Assembly: GCA_963662625.1 (NCBI GenBank)
Contig: OY759726.1
Span: 1,248,001 to 1,312,000 of the forward strand
Length of the DNA stretch: 64,000 nucleotides
Direction: 5' to 3'
From: Nitrosopumilus sp.
GTDB lineage: Archaea > Thermoproteota > Nitrososphaeria > Nitrososphaerales > Nitrosopumilaceae
Position numbers and translations under genes: made by a program
Shown here: piece by piece, positions 16,273 to 25,203 of the stretch
Position numbering within the stretch: position 1 is the stretch's first letter
Layout: each line of letters opens with the position of its first letter
The notes under the pieces: generated by a model
What the model was told of the DNA's origin: nothing
The model's input: only the letters and a program-made list of their open reading frames with translations
The model's database searches: none

Positions 16273-19200
16273 TCACTTGCTTGCCCAGTCTCTGGCAACT
16301 ACCTCTGCCTGACGCAAAACGGTTTCAGTTGCCTTTTTCTGCCTGTCCGGCGGATAGCCGTGTTTTTTCAGTATCTTTTTTACCTTCAAGCGGATCGCTG
16401 CCTGGACGCTCTCCCTGCGCGTCCAGTCGATCGTGACGCTGTTTCTTATCGTCTCTGTTAGCTCAACGGCGATCTTTCTCAGCGTCTTGTCTCCCAGGAT
16501 CCGTACCGCGCTGTCGTTTACCCCCAAGGCATCGTAAAACGCTATCTCGTCTTCGCTCATGTTTTCTGCCTTTCCCCTGTTCTTTTCATCCCTTACCTGT
16601 CTTGCAAGATCTATCAACTCTTTAATCACCTGTGCCGCCTCCACGCTCCTGTTCGTGTATTTCCTTATTGACCTGTCAAGCAACTCCATGAAGGACTTGC
16701 CTTGGACGATGTTTTTCTTTGAGATGATTCGGATCTCGTCGCTTAGCAGCTTCTTGAGTGCCTCAAACGCCAGATTACGCTGCGGCATCTCCCTGACATC
16801 GTTGAGGAATCCTTCGGAAAGGACTGACATCTCCGGCTTTTGAATCCCTGCAGCCTCGAAGATGTCGATTATCCTGTCAGATATAACCGCCTTTGAGAGG
16901 ATCTGTCTTATCGCGGTGTCGAACTTTTCCCTCCTCCCTTTCTCGGTTTCGGTAGTTTTGGCTATTGCGGCCTTTATTGCCTGGAAGAACCCCACATCAT
17001 CCTTGATTTTCATTGCCTTGCGGTGTGGGACGGCAAGTGAGAACGCCTTTATCAGTGCAGATGTCTCCCTGTAGAACCTCTCCTTTCCGTCCTTTTCTTT
17101 CAAAATGTGCTCCATTGCGTTTGGAACGAACGATATTCTCTCACTGGACCTTAACTCGAAGAATTTTTTATAGTCAAACCCGTGGAACATGTCCCTCACA
17201 ACCTCGTATTTTTCAAGCATAAGGGACACCGCGGCGTCTTGATCAAAGGTTGGCCTTCCCCTCCCGCCGCTTGCAGTATAGTCGGAGAGGGCTTTTCTCA
17301 GATCTGCCCCCACCCCCATGTAGTCTACTACCAAGCCCCCTTCCTTGCCGGGGTACACCCTGTTTACTCTGGCAATCGCCTGCATGAGCGTGTGCCCCCT
17401 GATCGGCTTGTCAAGATACATGGTGTGGAGGGAGGGCGCGTCAAACCCCGTAAGGAACATGTCCCTCACTATGAGGATTCTTGGTTTCTGGCCAGGTTTC
17501 TTGAAGCTGTCCCCGATCTTTTTTCTTCTCCTTTTGTTTCGTATGTGTTCCTGCCATTCCTTGGGATCCGAAGCAGATCCTGTCATGACCACCTTTATCG
17601 TACCACGGTCGTCTTTTTTGTCGTACCACCCGCGTCTGAGATCGACGATCGCATCGTGCAGGCTGACGCATATCCTTCTTGACATGCAGACAACCAGCGC
17701 CTTGCCTTCAAGCACTGCCGTTCTTTCCTCAAAATGGTTTACTATGTCGCTGGCAACCCTCCTGACCCTGGTTGGCGAGCCAACCACCTTTTCCACCCTC
17801 GACCACTCGCTCTTTAGCCTCTCCTTTCCTACGACCTCCTCCCCCTCGGTCACGCCTTCGAAATCCTTGTCTATCTTCGGCCTCTCCTCGGGCTTTAGCT
17901 CCAGTTTTGCAAGCCTGCTCTCGTAATAGATCTTCACCGTGGAGCCGTCGTCCACTGCCTGTTCGATGTCGTACGCGTCCACATACTTGCCAAAGACGGC
18001 AGGGGTGGACCTGTCTGCCTCTTCTATGGGCGTTCCCGTAAATCCGATAAACGACGCGTTGGGCAGAGCGTCTCTCAGGTATTTTGCGTATCCGTACGTT
18101 ATCAGAGTCTTGTCTTTTTTGCTCAGGATTCTTGCGGAGAACCCGTACTGGCTTCTGTGCGCCTCGTCAGCAATCACTACGATGTTGTCACGTCCGGACA
18201 AGACCTCGTGTTTCTCCCCTTCCTCTCCTGGAAGGAACTTCTGTATCGTTGTAAACACCATGCCTCCCGAAGCCACCTTGAGAAGCCTTGTAAGGTCCTT
18301 TCTGCGTTCGGCATGTATCGGTGCCTGCCTCAGGATGTCTTGGCACCTCCCAAACGTTTCATACAGCTGGTCATCAAGGTCGTTCCGGTCGGTCAGAACT
18401 ATAATGGTGGGGTTGTCAAGTTCTCTTGCCAGAATCCCGGCATAAAATATCATGGTGAGGGATTTTCCGGATCCCTGGGTGTGCCAGACTATGCCTGCCT
18501 TCCTGTTGCCCTTTCTTGCCTTGGTGGTGGACTCTACTGCCTTGTTTGCCGCCCAATACTGGTGGTATGCGGCAAGTTTCTTTGCGGCCACATTGTCTTT
18601 CTCAAACACGACAAAATTCCTCACGATGTCCAAAAATCTTTTCCTGTCACACATACCCCGCAGCAAAACCTCTACCTCGGTCAGGCCCTTCCTTGGCTCC
18701 CCGCCATCGATGGTCTTCCACCGCATGAACCTTTCCTTTACTGAACTGATGGTTCCTGCCCTTGCCTCTATGCCGTCGCTTATCACCAGGATTTCGTTGA
18801 ATCTAAACAGGTATGGAATTTGATCCATGTATGTCTGGAATTGGTCGTATGCAGCCCAGATGTCTGCACGCTCGTCGGCCAGGTTTTTTAACTCAAGTAT
18901 TAGCAGCGGGATTCCGTTGACAAACAAAACAACGTCCGGCCTCCTTTCGACGCTGTTTTCTATAACGGTGAACTGGTTCGTAGCCATGAAGTCGTTGTCT
19001 TTGATCTTACTTGGGTCAAATTCGAAGAGCCAGACCTTCTTGTAGCGTTCCCCGTCTTTTGCCTTGACCGGAACGTCCACTCCGTCCACCAGCATCCTAT
19101 GGAATTCCTCGTTGTCTGCGACAAGCTTCTGGCCAGCACTACGCCTGACCTGCCTGATTGCGTCCTCTATTGCGTATCCCGGGACAGCCGGGTTGATTTT

Positions 19201-19377
19201 ATTTAGGGCATCACGAAGCCTGCCTGCCAGTATGACTTCCTTGTAATTGTCTCTCAATGCTTGGCATCCATCTGGAAGATAGTCCTCGTTGTCTCCGCGG
19301 ATTATCTCATGCCCAAGATCTCTCAGAATGGACAGGACGCTTTCTTCCACGTCTGCTTCGGTGATTGCTTTTCTCAT
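16273..19377 (-). CDS. hsdR: Type I restriction endonuclease subunit R
   Basis: RRPDVVLFVNGIPLLILELK nuclease motif; WHTQGSGKS; DEAHRSQYG; GFTGTP; FLTGFD; LMQAIARVNR; DUF3387-like tail KHGYPPD. Confidence 0.96.
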   Translation of the reverse strand: MRKAITEADVEESVLSILRDLGHEIIRGDNEDYLPDGCQALRDNYKEVILAGRLRDALNKINPAVPGYAIEDAIRQVRRSAGQKLVADNEEFHRMLVDGVDVPVKAKDGERYKKVWLFEFDPSKIKDNDFMATNQFTVIENSVERRPDVVLFVNGIPLLILELKNLADERADIWAAYDQFQTYMDQIPYLFRFNEILVISDGIEARAGTISSVKERFMRWKTIDGGEPRKGLTEVEVLLRGMCDRKRFLDIVRNFVVFEKDNVAAKKLAAYHQYWAANKAVESTTKARKGNRKAGIVWHTQGSGKSLTMIFYAGILARELDNPTIIVLTDRNDLDDQLYETFGRCQDILRQAPIHAERRKDLTRLLKVASGGMVFTTIQKFLPGEEGEKHEVLSGRDNIVVIADEAHRSQYGFSARILSKKDKTLITYGYAKYLRDALPNASFIGFTGTPIEEADRSTPAVFGKYVDAYDIEQAVDDGSTVKIYYESRLAKLELKPEERPKIDKDFEGVTEGEEVVGKERLKSEWSRVEKVVGSPTRVRRVASDIVNHFEERTAVLEGKALVVCMSRRICVSLHDAIVDLRRGWYDKKDDRGTIKVVMTGSASDPKEWQEHIRNKRRRKKIGDSFKKPGQKPRILIVRDMFLTGFDAPSLHTMYLDKPIRGHTLMQAIARVNRVYPGKEGGLVVDYMGVGADLRKALSDYTASGGRGRPTFDQDAAVSLMLEKYEVVRDMFHGFDYKKFFELRSSERISFVPNAMEHILKEKDGKERFYRETSALIKAFSLAVPHRKAMKIKDDVGFFQAIKAAIAKTTETEKGRREKFDTAIRQILSKAVISDRIIDIFEAAGIQKPEMSVLSEGFLNDVREMPQRNLAFEALKKLLSDEIRIISKKNIVQGKSFMELLDRSIRKYTNRSVEAAQVIKELIDLARQVRDEKNRGKAENMSEDEIAFYDALGVNDSAVRILGDKTLRKIAVELTETIRNSVTIDWTRRESVQAAIRLKVKKILKKHGYPPDRQKKATETVLRQAEVVARDWASK

Positions 19378-20708
19378 TTTTTGGCTCCTGTCGGCACACG
19401 GATTTTACCGGACATTAATTTTGGTACAAGCAAGTCTCTTAATTCAACTAGTATTTTGATTTGCCGTTCGTAGTGTTTGATTTGGGACCAAATAGGATAA
19501 ACAGTTTTATGAAATAAGTCTATTAGAAATCTAGGAGGTAGTATAATTGGTAATTTTCTAAACGTGCTTCTCCCAATCTCTAAAAAAGTAGTCCCATTTG
19601 CATTTTCAATGAATTCCTTAACTCTGTGTTTAAAATTACAGTAGAGATAAAACAGATCAGTATCGTTTCTAGTTTCAATGATTATGAATCCTTGATTTGC
19701 TGCACAGGGAATCGTGTTTATTGCAAAATATCCAATACTAGCTCTAGATGTCATAAATATTGAATTCTCTGGATGCAGTTTAGAAGCGCAGTTATCTAAT
19801 CCTTTTTCCGTGATTTTTCTTACGGTGTCTTTAAGAAACACATGATCTGATTTTGTAAGATCGGATGGAACAGCCCAGCTGATGCCTCCTTCCCAAAAAC
19901 TTGGGTTTTTTGTTGATGGTGTCCCGCCTCCAAATGTATCACATACTTGCATTATTGATTTAATCCCCCATCCCTTTGGGACATACTTTTCCAATTCATC
20001 ACTATACATCATTTCCCCGCCGGATGATCTGTACGGCATCCCTTTTTCGTCTGGGAACTCATAGTCGATAAACCACGATTTGAATACTGCTTGGGCCATC
20101 CACTCTAAGGTATTGTTCATTTTATGGTTTAACTCGATTTTGGCGTCTAAGTCGAATAGGATTTTTGCAATCTTCTGTTGTTCCGTAAGTGAGGGTAGTG
20201 GTATAAACAACCGAACAACATCCCTTTGATATAAATGGGGGATAACGGAACCTTCGATTCGACTTTTAACTAATTCTTTAAAGAAATTAGAATTAAAATA
20301 TTGATAGAGATAACCTTGATGCAACCTGCTTGATGAGCTACGAATTAGGAATATTCCAGAAGCCAAAGTTGCCAGTTCTGGAAGCTGTGTTATGTAGGCA
20401 GTTTTTCCAATAGTCCCATCTTTCGTCATCAATATGTCGTTCAATTTTACAGAAATTTCTTCTGACTCATCATATCTCCATTTGGGAACTCTTAAACAAT
20501 TACTCCAATCCACTTTGCCATTTTTTATATCCGGGCCATTGATAATAATTACGCCGCTATTCCCAAATTCAGATTTTTTGAGTCCTTTCCAACCAATTCG
20601 CCCCTTAATGAAAACCAATTCTTCCAATTTGTTTAGTCCCCACTCTTCGGGAATAACTCCTATCTCAGTTTGCTTGAATTTATTATTCTGCCCCACCAAT
20701 TGTCTCAC
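19374..20708 (-). CDS. hsdS: Type I RM specificity subunit S
   Basis: FKQTEIGVIPEEW, PLPSLTEQQKIAKIL, VPKGW, LRDLLVPKLMSGKIRV conserved regions flanking two TRDs. The true start may be ~20699. Confidence 0.93.
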   Translation of the reverse strand: MRQLVGQNNKFKQTEIGVIPEEWGLNKLEELVFIKGRIGWKGLKKSEFGNSGVIIINGPDIKNGKVDWSNCLRVPKWRYDESEEISVKLNDILMTKDGTIGKTAYITQLPELATLASGIFLIRSSSSRLHQGYLYQYFNSNFFKELVKSRIEGSVIPHLYQRDVVRLFIPLPSLTEQQKIAKILFDLDAKIELNHKMNNTLEWMAQAVFKSWFIDYEFPDEKGMPYRSSGGEMMYSDELEKYVPKGWGIKSIMQVCDTFGGGTPSTKNPSFWEGGISWAVPSDLTKSDHVFLKDTVRKITEKGLDNCASKLHPENSIFMTSRASIGYFAINTIPCAANQGFIIIETRNDTDLFYLYCNFKHRVKEFIENANGTTFLEIGRSTFRKLPIILPPRFLIDLFHKTVYPIWSQIKHYERQIKILVELRDLLVPKLMSGKIRVPTGAKK

Positions 20709-21654
20709 CTTGAATCGTTAGAATCTCGTTGGCGCTCTCGTCAAATAATACATTTACACCCGCTTCCCTATCAGAAATTTTGATTTTACTAACAAAACAC
20801 ACCATATTTTCAAAATACGCTGCACTTTCATCTAGCGATGAAAATATCTCTTTAAGTAGAATTGGAGAATCAATTATGTCTTCAGTTAAAGAAATAACAC
20901 TAACGTTTTCTGCCCGAATATCAAACTCTGACACAATCATTTGTTCTAGCTTGGAAATTAGATATTGCTTCCTAGCTATTGCATCGTATTTTTTTTCACG
21001 TATTTTTTTAGCATACGTTGACTTTAGTTCAGATGTTAGTTCATACATTGATTTAATTATTTTAAAATTAATGTCAACGATCATACAGCCATCGAAATCC
21101 TTATCATGTGTGAATAAAATCACATTGGAACAACCATTTTTGATGCTGTGCTTGATTAATGTTTCCCAAATAATGGCATCTTTGAAGCCAGAGTTTTTAC
21201 CAACTTTGAAAGGAGGTTTTGACTCAATAACCCCTTGAACTAATGAATCTAGTACAGAAGCTTTTTTGCCATCTTCAATTTTGATGGTTGTAATGCTATT
21301 CTCTTGTAGAAACATCGTGACTTTTGGATTGAGGTATTCAACGCAATCAAAGGAATCGTCAGGGAGATCAAAGTCTGGAATGGAAATATTTTTTAAAGTT
21401 TTGAGTCTTTTAGATGCGGAAATTAGATCCACTTTGTCTTTTTCATAAGCTTTCTTTTTTTGCACAAGTAATTCTTGCAAGGTCATATCAGCAACTGCCA
21501 AAATTATGTTTTCCGATAGGCTATTTTCCTCAATAAAATTTTTTAGTGTTTTAAATTCATGATCAAAACCAAAGCTATCATAACGCGGAGATTTGCCAAA
21601 CATGCTTCGGATTTTGTTTGTATCCATCAGGATGAGAGTTTTATCAGAATTCAT
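20683..21654 (-). CDS. PIN-like domain protein (DUF4935/PIN_8-like) embedded in the hsd operon
   Basis: LMDTN, LQELL, KPPF...GFKDAIIWETL and LFTHDKDF acidic PIN motifs; very AT-rich; overlaps both neighbours. Confidence 0.75.
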   Translation of the reverse strand: MNSDKTLILMDTNKIRSMFGKSPRYDSFGFDHEFKTLKNFIEENSLSENIILAVADMTLQELLVQKKKAYEKDKVDLISASKRLKTLKNISIPDFDLPDDSFDCVEYLNPKVTMFLQENSITTIKIEDGKKASVLDSLVQGVIESKPPFKVGKNSGFKDAIIWETLIKHSIKNGCSNVILFTHDKDFDGCMIVDINFKIIKSMYELTSELKSTYAKKIREKKYDAIARKQYLISKLEQMIVSEFDIRAENVSVISLTEDIIDSPILLKEIFSSLDESAAYFENMVCFVSKIKISDREAGVNVLFDESANEILTIQGETIGGAE

Positions 21655-23178
21655 ATCCGATATCAGCCAAGTTTTTCCTTATTTCTGTATCGAGCCTTTT
21701 ACTTTCCTTCATCTGCTTTGCAAGATCTGATGTTAGACGCTTTATTTTTTCTTCAAATTCCTCCGGATCTTCCTCCTCATATTCCATTCCGACGTACCTG
21801 CCAGGTGTCAGAACCCACTCGTGTTTTCTTATCTCTTCCCAAGAAGCAGATTTGCAGAACCCTGGAATGTCTTTGTATTTTCTATCTGTTTCGCCTTCCA
21901 TGCATGATAAGTGCTGGAGATTCTTGCTATGTCATCTGCAGTTAGCTCCCTGTGCCGTCTATCCACCATGGAGCCAAGTCGCCTAGCATCTATGAATAAT
22001 ATTTGTTCTCTTCTATCTCTAAATCTGTGGTTTTTCTTATCGCGTGAAACAAACCATAAGCATGCTGGAATCATTGTGTTGTAGAATAACTGTGAAGGTA
22101 AAGCTACCATACAATCTACTAAATCTGATTCGATAATGTTCTTGCGAATATTTCCCTCACCTGATGTGTTGGAAGACATAGAGCCATTTGCCAAAACAAA
22201 TCCTGCAATCCCAACAGGTGAGAGATGGTGTATGAAATTTTGTACCCATGCAAAGTTTGCATTACCTTTGGGCGGAGTTCCAAAATTCCACCTTACATCA
22301 TCTGTAAGAAGTTCACCATTCCAATCACTGTCATTAAATGGGGGGTTGGCTAAGATGAAATCTGCTTTCAAGTCTTTAAATTGGTCATCACTAAAGGAGT
22401 TTCCCCATTCAATGCCTGCATCTATGCCTCTGATCGCCATGTTCATCTTGCATAAACGCCAAGTGGTCTGGTTACTTTCTTGGCCAAAGACAGAAACATC
22501 CCCGATTTTCCCACCGTGAGCTTCGATGAACCTCTCACTCTGGACGAACATTCCTCCTGAACCACAACACGGATCAAATATCCTTCCTTTGTATGGTTCT
22601 AGCATCTCAACTAGAAGGCGGACAATACTTCTTGGGGTATAAAACTGTCCTCCTTTCTTGCCCTCTGCGTCAGCAAACTGACCCAAAAAGTATTCGTAAA
22701 CCCGGCCAAGAATATCCCTACTTTTACTTTCTTTATCGCCTAAACCAATAGTGCCGATCATGTCAATTAATTCTCCAAGCCTTTGCTTGTTCAGTGTTTG
22801 TCGGGCATAATTTTTTTGAAGGACTCCTTTCAGAGAACGGTTGTCTCTTTCTATTGCGTCCATAGCATCGTCGATCATTTGGCCAATCTCGGGTTTTTTT
22901 GCGTTATTTTCAAGATAGTTCCACCTTGCCTTTTTAGGAACCCAGAAAATCCTTCTTGCGATGTATTCGTCAACATCTTCGGGATCTGAAGCTGAGTCTT
23001 TTTCCAGCTCCTCGTAGGCCTCTGTAAAAGCGTCAGAGATGTACTTTAAGAAGATCAGGCCAAGAACGACATGTTTGTATTCGGCTGCGTCCATGTTGCT
23101 TCGAAGCTTATCGGCTGCTATCCAGAGTGTTCTCTCAAGGCCCAACGTGGCTTCGTTTTTGCCCTTTTTTAGACCCAT
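21644..23178 (-). pseudogene. hsdM: Type I RM methyltransferase subunit M, frameshifted at ~21896
   Basis: [32 protein letters not shown] in the first frame; the normal C-terminus ([11 protein letters not shown]...LTPGRYVG) continues in another frame (21644..21901). One added A after the TGG codon restores it. May be an assembly error. Confidence 0.8.
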
Positions 23179-23251
23179 GATCAAGCCACCGAGTCAGTGT
23201 CATAAAAATACACCCCTGCAGGCAGTAGGAATGATCCAAATGCGAGTATTA

Positions 23252-24889
23252 TTATACGAGATTCAGTTCCACGCTATAGCGTTTATTCATTGCCTTGATC
23301 ATCTCGTTAGCAATCAACGGCATTGCGGGATATCCCCTACCATGCTTCAACAGCTCTTTGTTTCTGAAATCCACCATATCGATTGCATTCAACAGTTCAT
23401 CAAGATCCAAATTCAGCTCCAGATCTTTTTCAAGAAGCTTGTCTAGAACCAGCAACAGGGCATTCACAGTAGTAAACCTCGTCAACCCAAATTCCTTGTT
23501 GTTCAACCATTTGTCTTTCTCTGGATCCTCATCTCGTACCTTATTTCTTATAATGCCAAAAAACCTTACAAGGATGCTTGCCTGTTTTTTGAATGCCTCC
23601 TGATTTCCTCTGTCTGAGAACGGCTTTGCAACATCAAATTTTGCCACATTGTACAGATTTCCAGAGTATGTGTTTGTTTTTTTGTCATACCCTAAAAGTG
23701 TGTGGAGTAGTTTTGTCTTTGCAAAGCCAGATATTGTAATTGGTTTTTTGGTATCCATCTCTGATACTTTTATCATGCCCTTCCAGGGATCTCTCTTGTT
23801 TAACTCGGAGACTAACAGGCTTGGCCAAGTGATTTCATGCTTGAGATCTTGGATTATTGTTGCAAGGTCATTGAACAAAACTGCATCGATTTTTTTCTGA
23901 TAATAGTTTATGTTCACGAATGCCTTATTTTGTTTTATGGGGGATAATTTATCAAAAACTACGACTGGAATTTTGAAATCATCGTTATCATCCATATTCC
24001 AATCCTTATATCTGGGATGGTCTTTGAACCCAAAAATCCTGTGCTGTCCATCTATTATCCAAGCTGAGCAGTACGAGGTCGGAAATGTTAATTTGTTTGA
24101 TCTAAATCTAATTTTCTCCTGAACTTTTTGACTATCATCAAACACGATAATTACGGGATTTGGCAGCATCAGATCATCTGATTCGTTAAAGAATTTTGAA
24201 ATGTTCCTGATCCTATCCCTTGTAATTATTCTCTGATATGCGTTGGGCTTGTTACTTGTTCTTCTATATACATAGGCCATCTTTAACAATAATCCTGGAT
24301 GTATTCCCAGCATGTACATGGAGTTATCTCCTTGTTTGATTTCCACAGCATCCTCTTCGTGGGTATCTTTTGCTGCCAATTTAACGTCAAATTCTTTCAA
24401 AATCTCGTGTTTAGTTATAGACCTAAGAATGTTGGAAATTCTGGCATAATACTTGACTGCCTTGTCATCCCAAAAGAGAAATCCGGCGCTTTCAATACGT
24501 TTTTGCGTATTCACCCCGGCTAATTTTTTTGTAAAAGCATAACAGCATTTTATTTCGGCAATTCTCTTTAGGACGTTATCGGATATGAAGTGAGAAGAAC
24601 TGCCAATAACTCTGAAATTTTTGTCCTGCACATTTTGTATGTATTTCTGCGTTGAGTTTATTTCCTTTTTTAAGCCTGGAATCCTTTCTCTGTCCTTGCA
24701 TTGGAATACTAACAGTGTTTTTTTATGTACTGCGCAAACGTCTATAGAAAATTCAGGTTCGTTATCACCATCAGTGTCTATGTCCACTTCGGTATCCGCA
24801 AATTCAAAACCCGAATTCTCGAGGATTTTTTTTATGCTTTTTTTTAGCCTTTTGTGCCCCGGGGTTTCGGTAAGCATAGTCTCTGTCAT
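23252..24889 (-). CDS. DGQHR (DndB-like) domain protein with N-terminal PD-(D/E)XK-like nuclease domain
   Basis: AYQRII, LPNPVII, WIIDGQHRIFG and FVNINYYQKKI are DGQHR-family hallmarks; N-terminal E...IDVCAV...LVFQCK resembles Mrr/NERD-type active sites. Confidence 0.8.
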   Translation of the reverse strand: MTETMLTETPGHKRLKKSIKKILENSGFEFADTEVDIDTDGDNEPEFSIDVCAVHKKTLLVFQCKDRERIPGLKKEINSTQKYIQNVQDKNFRVIGSSSHFISDNVLKRIAEIKCCYAFTKKLAGVNTQKRIESAGFLFWDDKAVKYYARISNILRSITKHEILKEFDVKLAAKDTHEEDAVEIKQGDNSMYMLGIHPGLLLKMAYVYRRTSNKPNAYQRIITRDRIRNISKFFNESDDLMLPNPVIIVFDDSQKVQEKIRFRSNKLTFPTSYCSAWIIDGQHRIFGFKDHPRYKDWNMDDNDDFKIPVVVFDKLSPIKQNKAFVNINYYQKKIDAVLFNDLATIIQDLKHEITWPSLLVSELNKRDPWKGMIKVSEMDTKKPITISGFAKTKLLHTLLGYDKKTNTYSGNLYNVAKFDVAKPFSDRGNQEAFKKQASILVRFFGIIRNKVRDEDPEKDKWLNNKEFGLTRFTTVNALLLVLDKLLEKDLELNLDLDELLNAIDMVDFRNKELLKHGRGYPAMPLIANEMIKAMNKRYSVELNLV

Positions 24890-24935
24890 ATAATGTTGCT
24901 TAATAAGGTGTATTCAGAAGTTCTTAGTGGCTTTC

Positions 24936-24957
24936 TGTAACACTTTTGATTGTTACA
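24936..24957. promoter_or_regulatory. Palindrome TGTAACA-N8-TGTTACA upstream of the DGQHR gene (candidate operator)
   Basis: Perfect 7-bp inverted repeat about 50 bp upstream of the start codon. Confidence 0.35.
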
Positions 24958-25203
24958 CTTTCTCTTTATTTTCGTTAAGATGTCTGAGTGTATGTTGTTG
25001 TATTTGCGATCTACTCTACGCCTCTGTTAAGAATGGTTTTGAATATGCCTGTTAACCCCACAATTTTTTATCTGGAAGAAACACTATGGAAAGTTCAATT
25101 GAGTTCTACTCAACAGTTTTGGGAATATGCTTGAAATCGTTGTGAACAACTTGATTTGACATGGGATCAACTCCCTATGTTTTTGAATACGTGATTAGGC
25201 GTA

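Noticed and set aside
16110-16276. Possible ~55-aa minus-strand ORF (MTYRVAVADLP...) overlapping the hsdR stop
   Set aside because: No recognisable motif such as the HExxH of the peptidase often found after hsdR; it cannot be supported without a search.
23252-24889. Calling the DGQHR gene part of a Dnd phosphorothioation system
   Set aside because: No dndA/C/D/E or ssp/pbe-like genes are in the window, and the protein has an extra nuclease-like N-domain.
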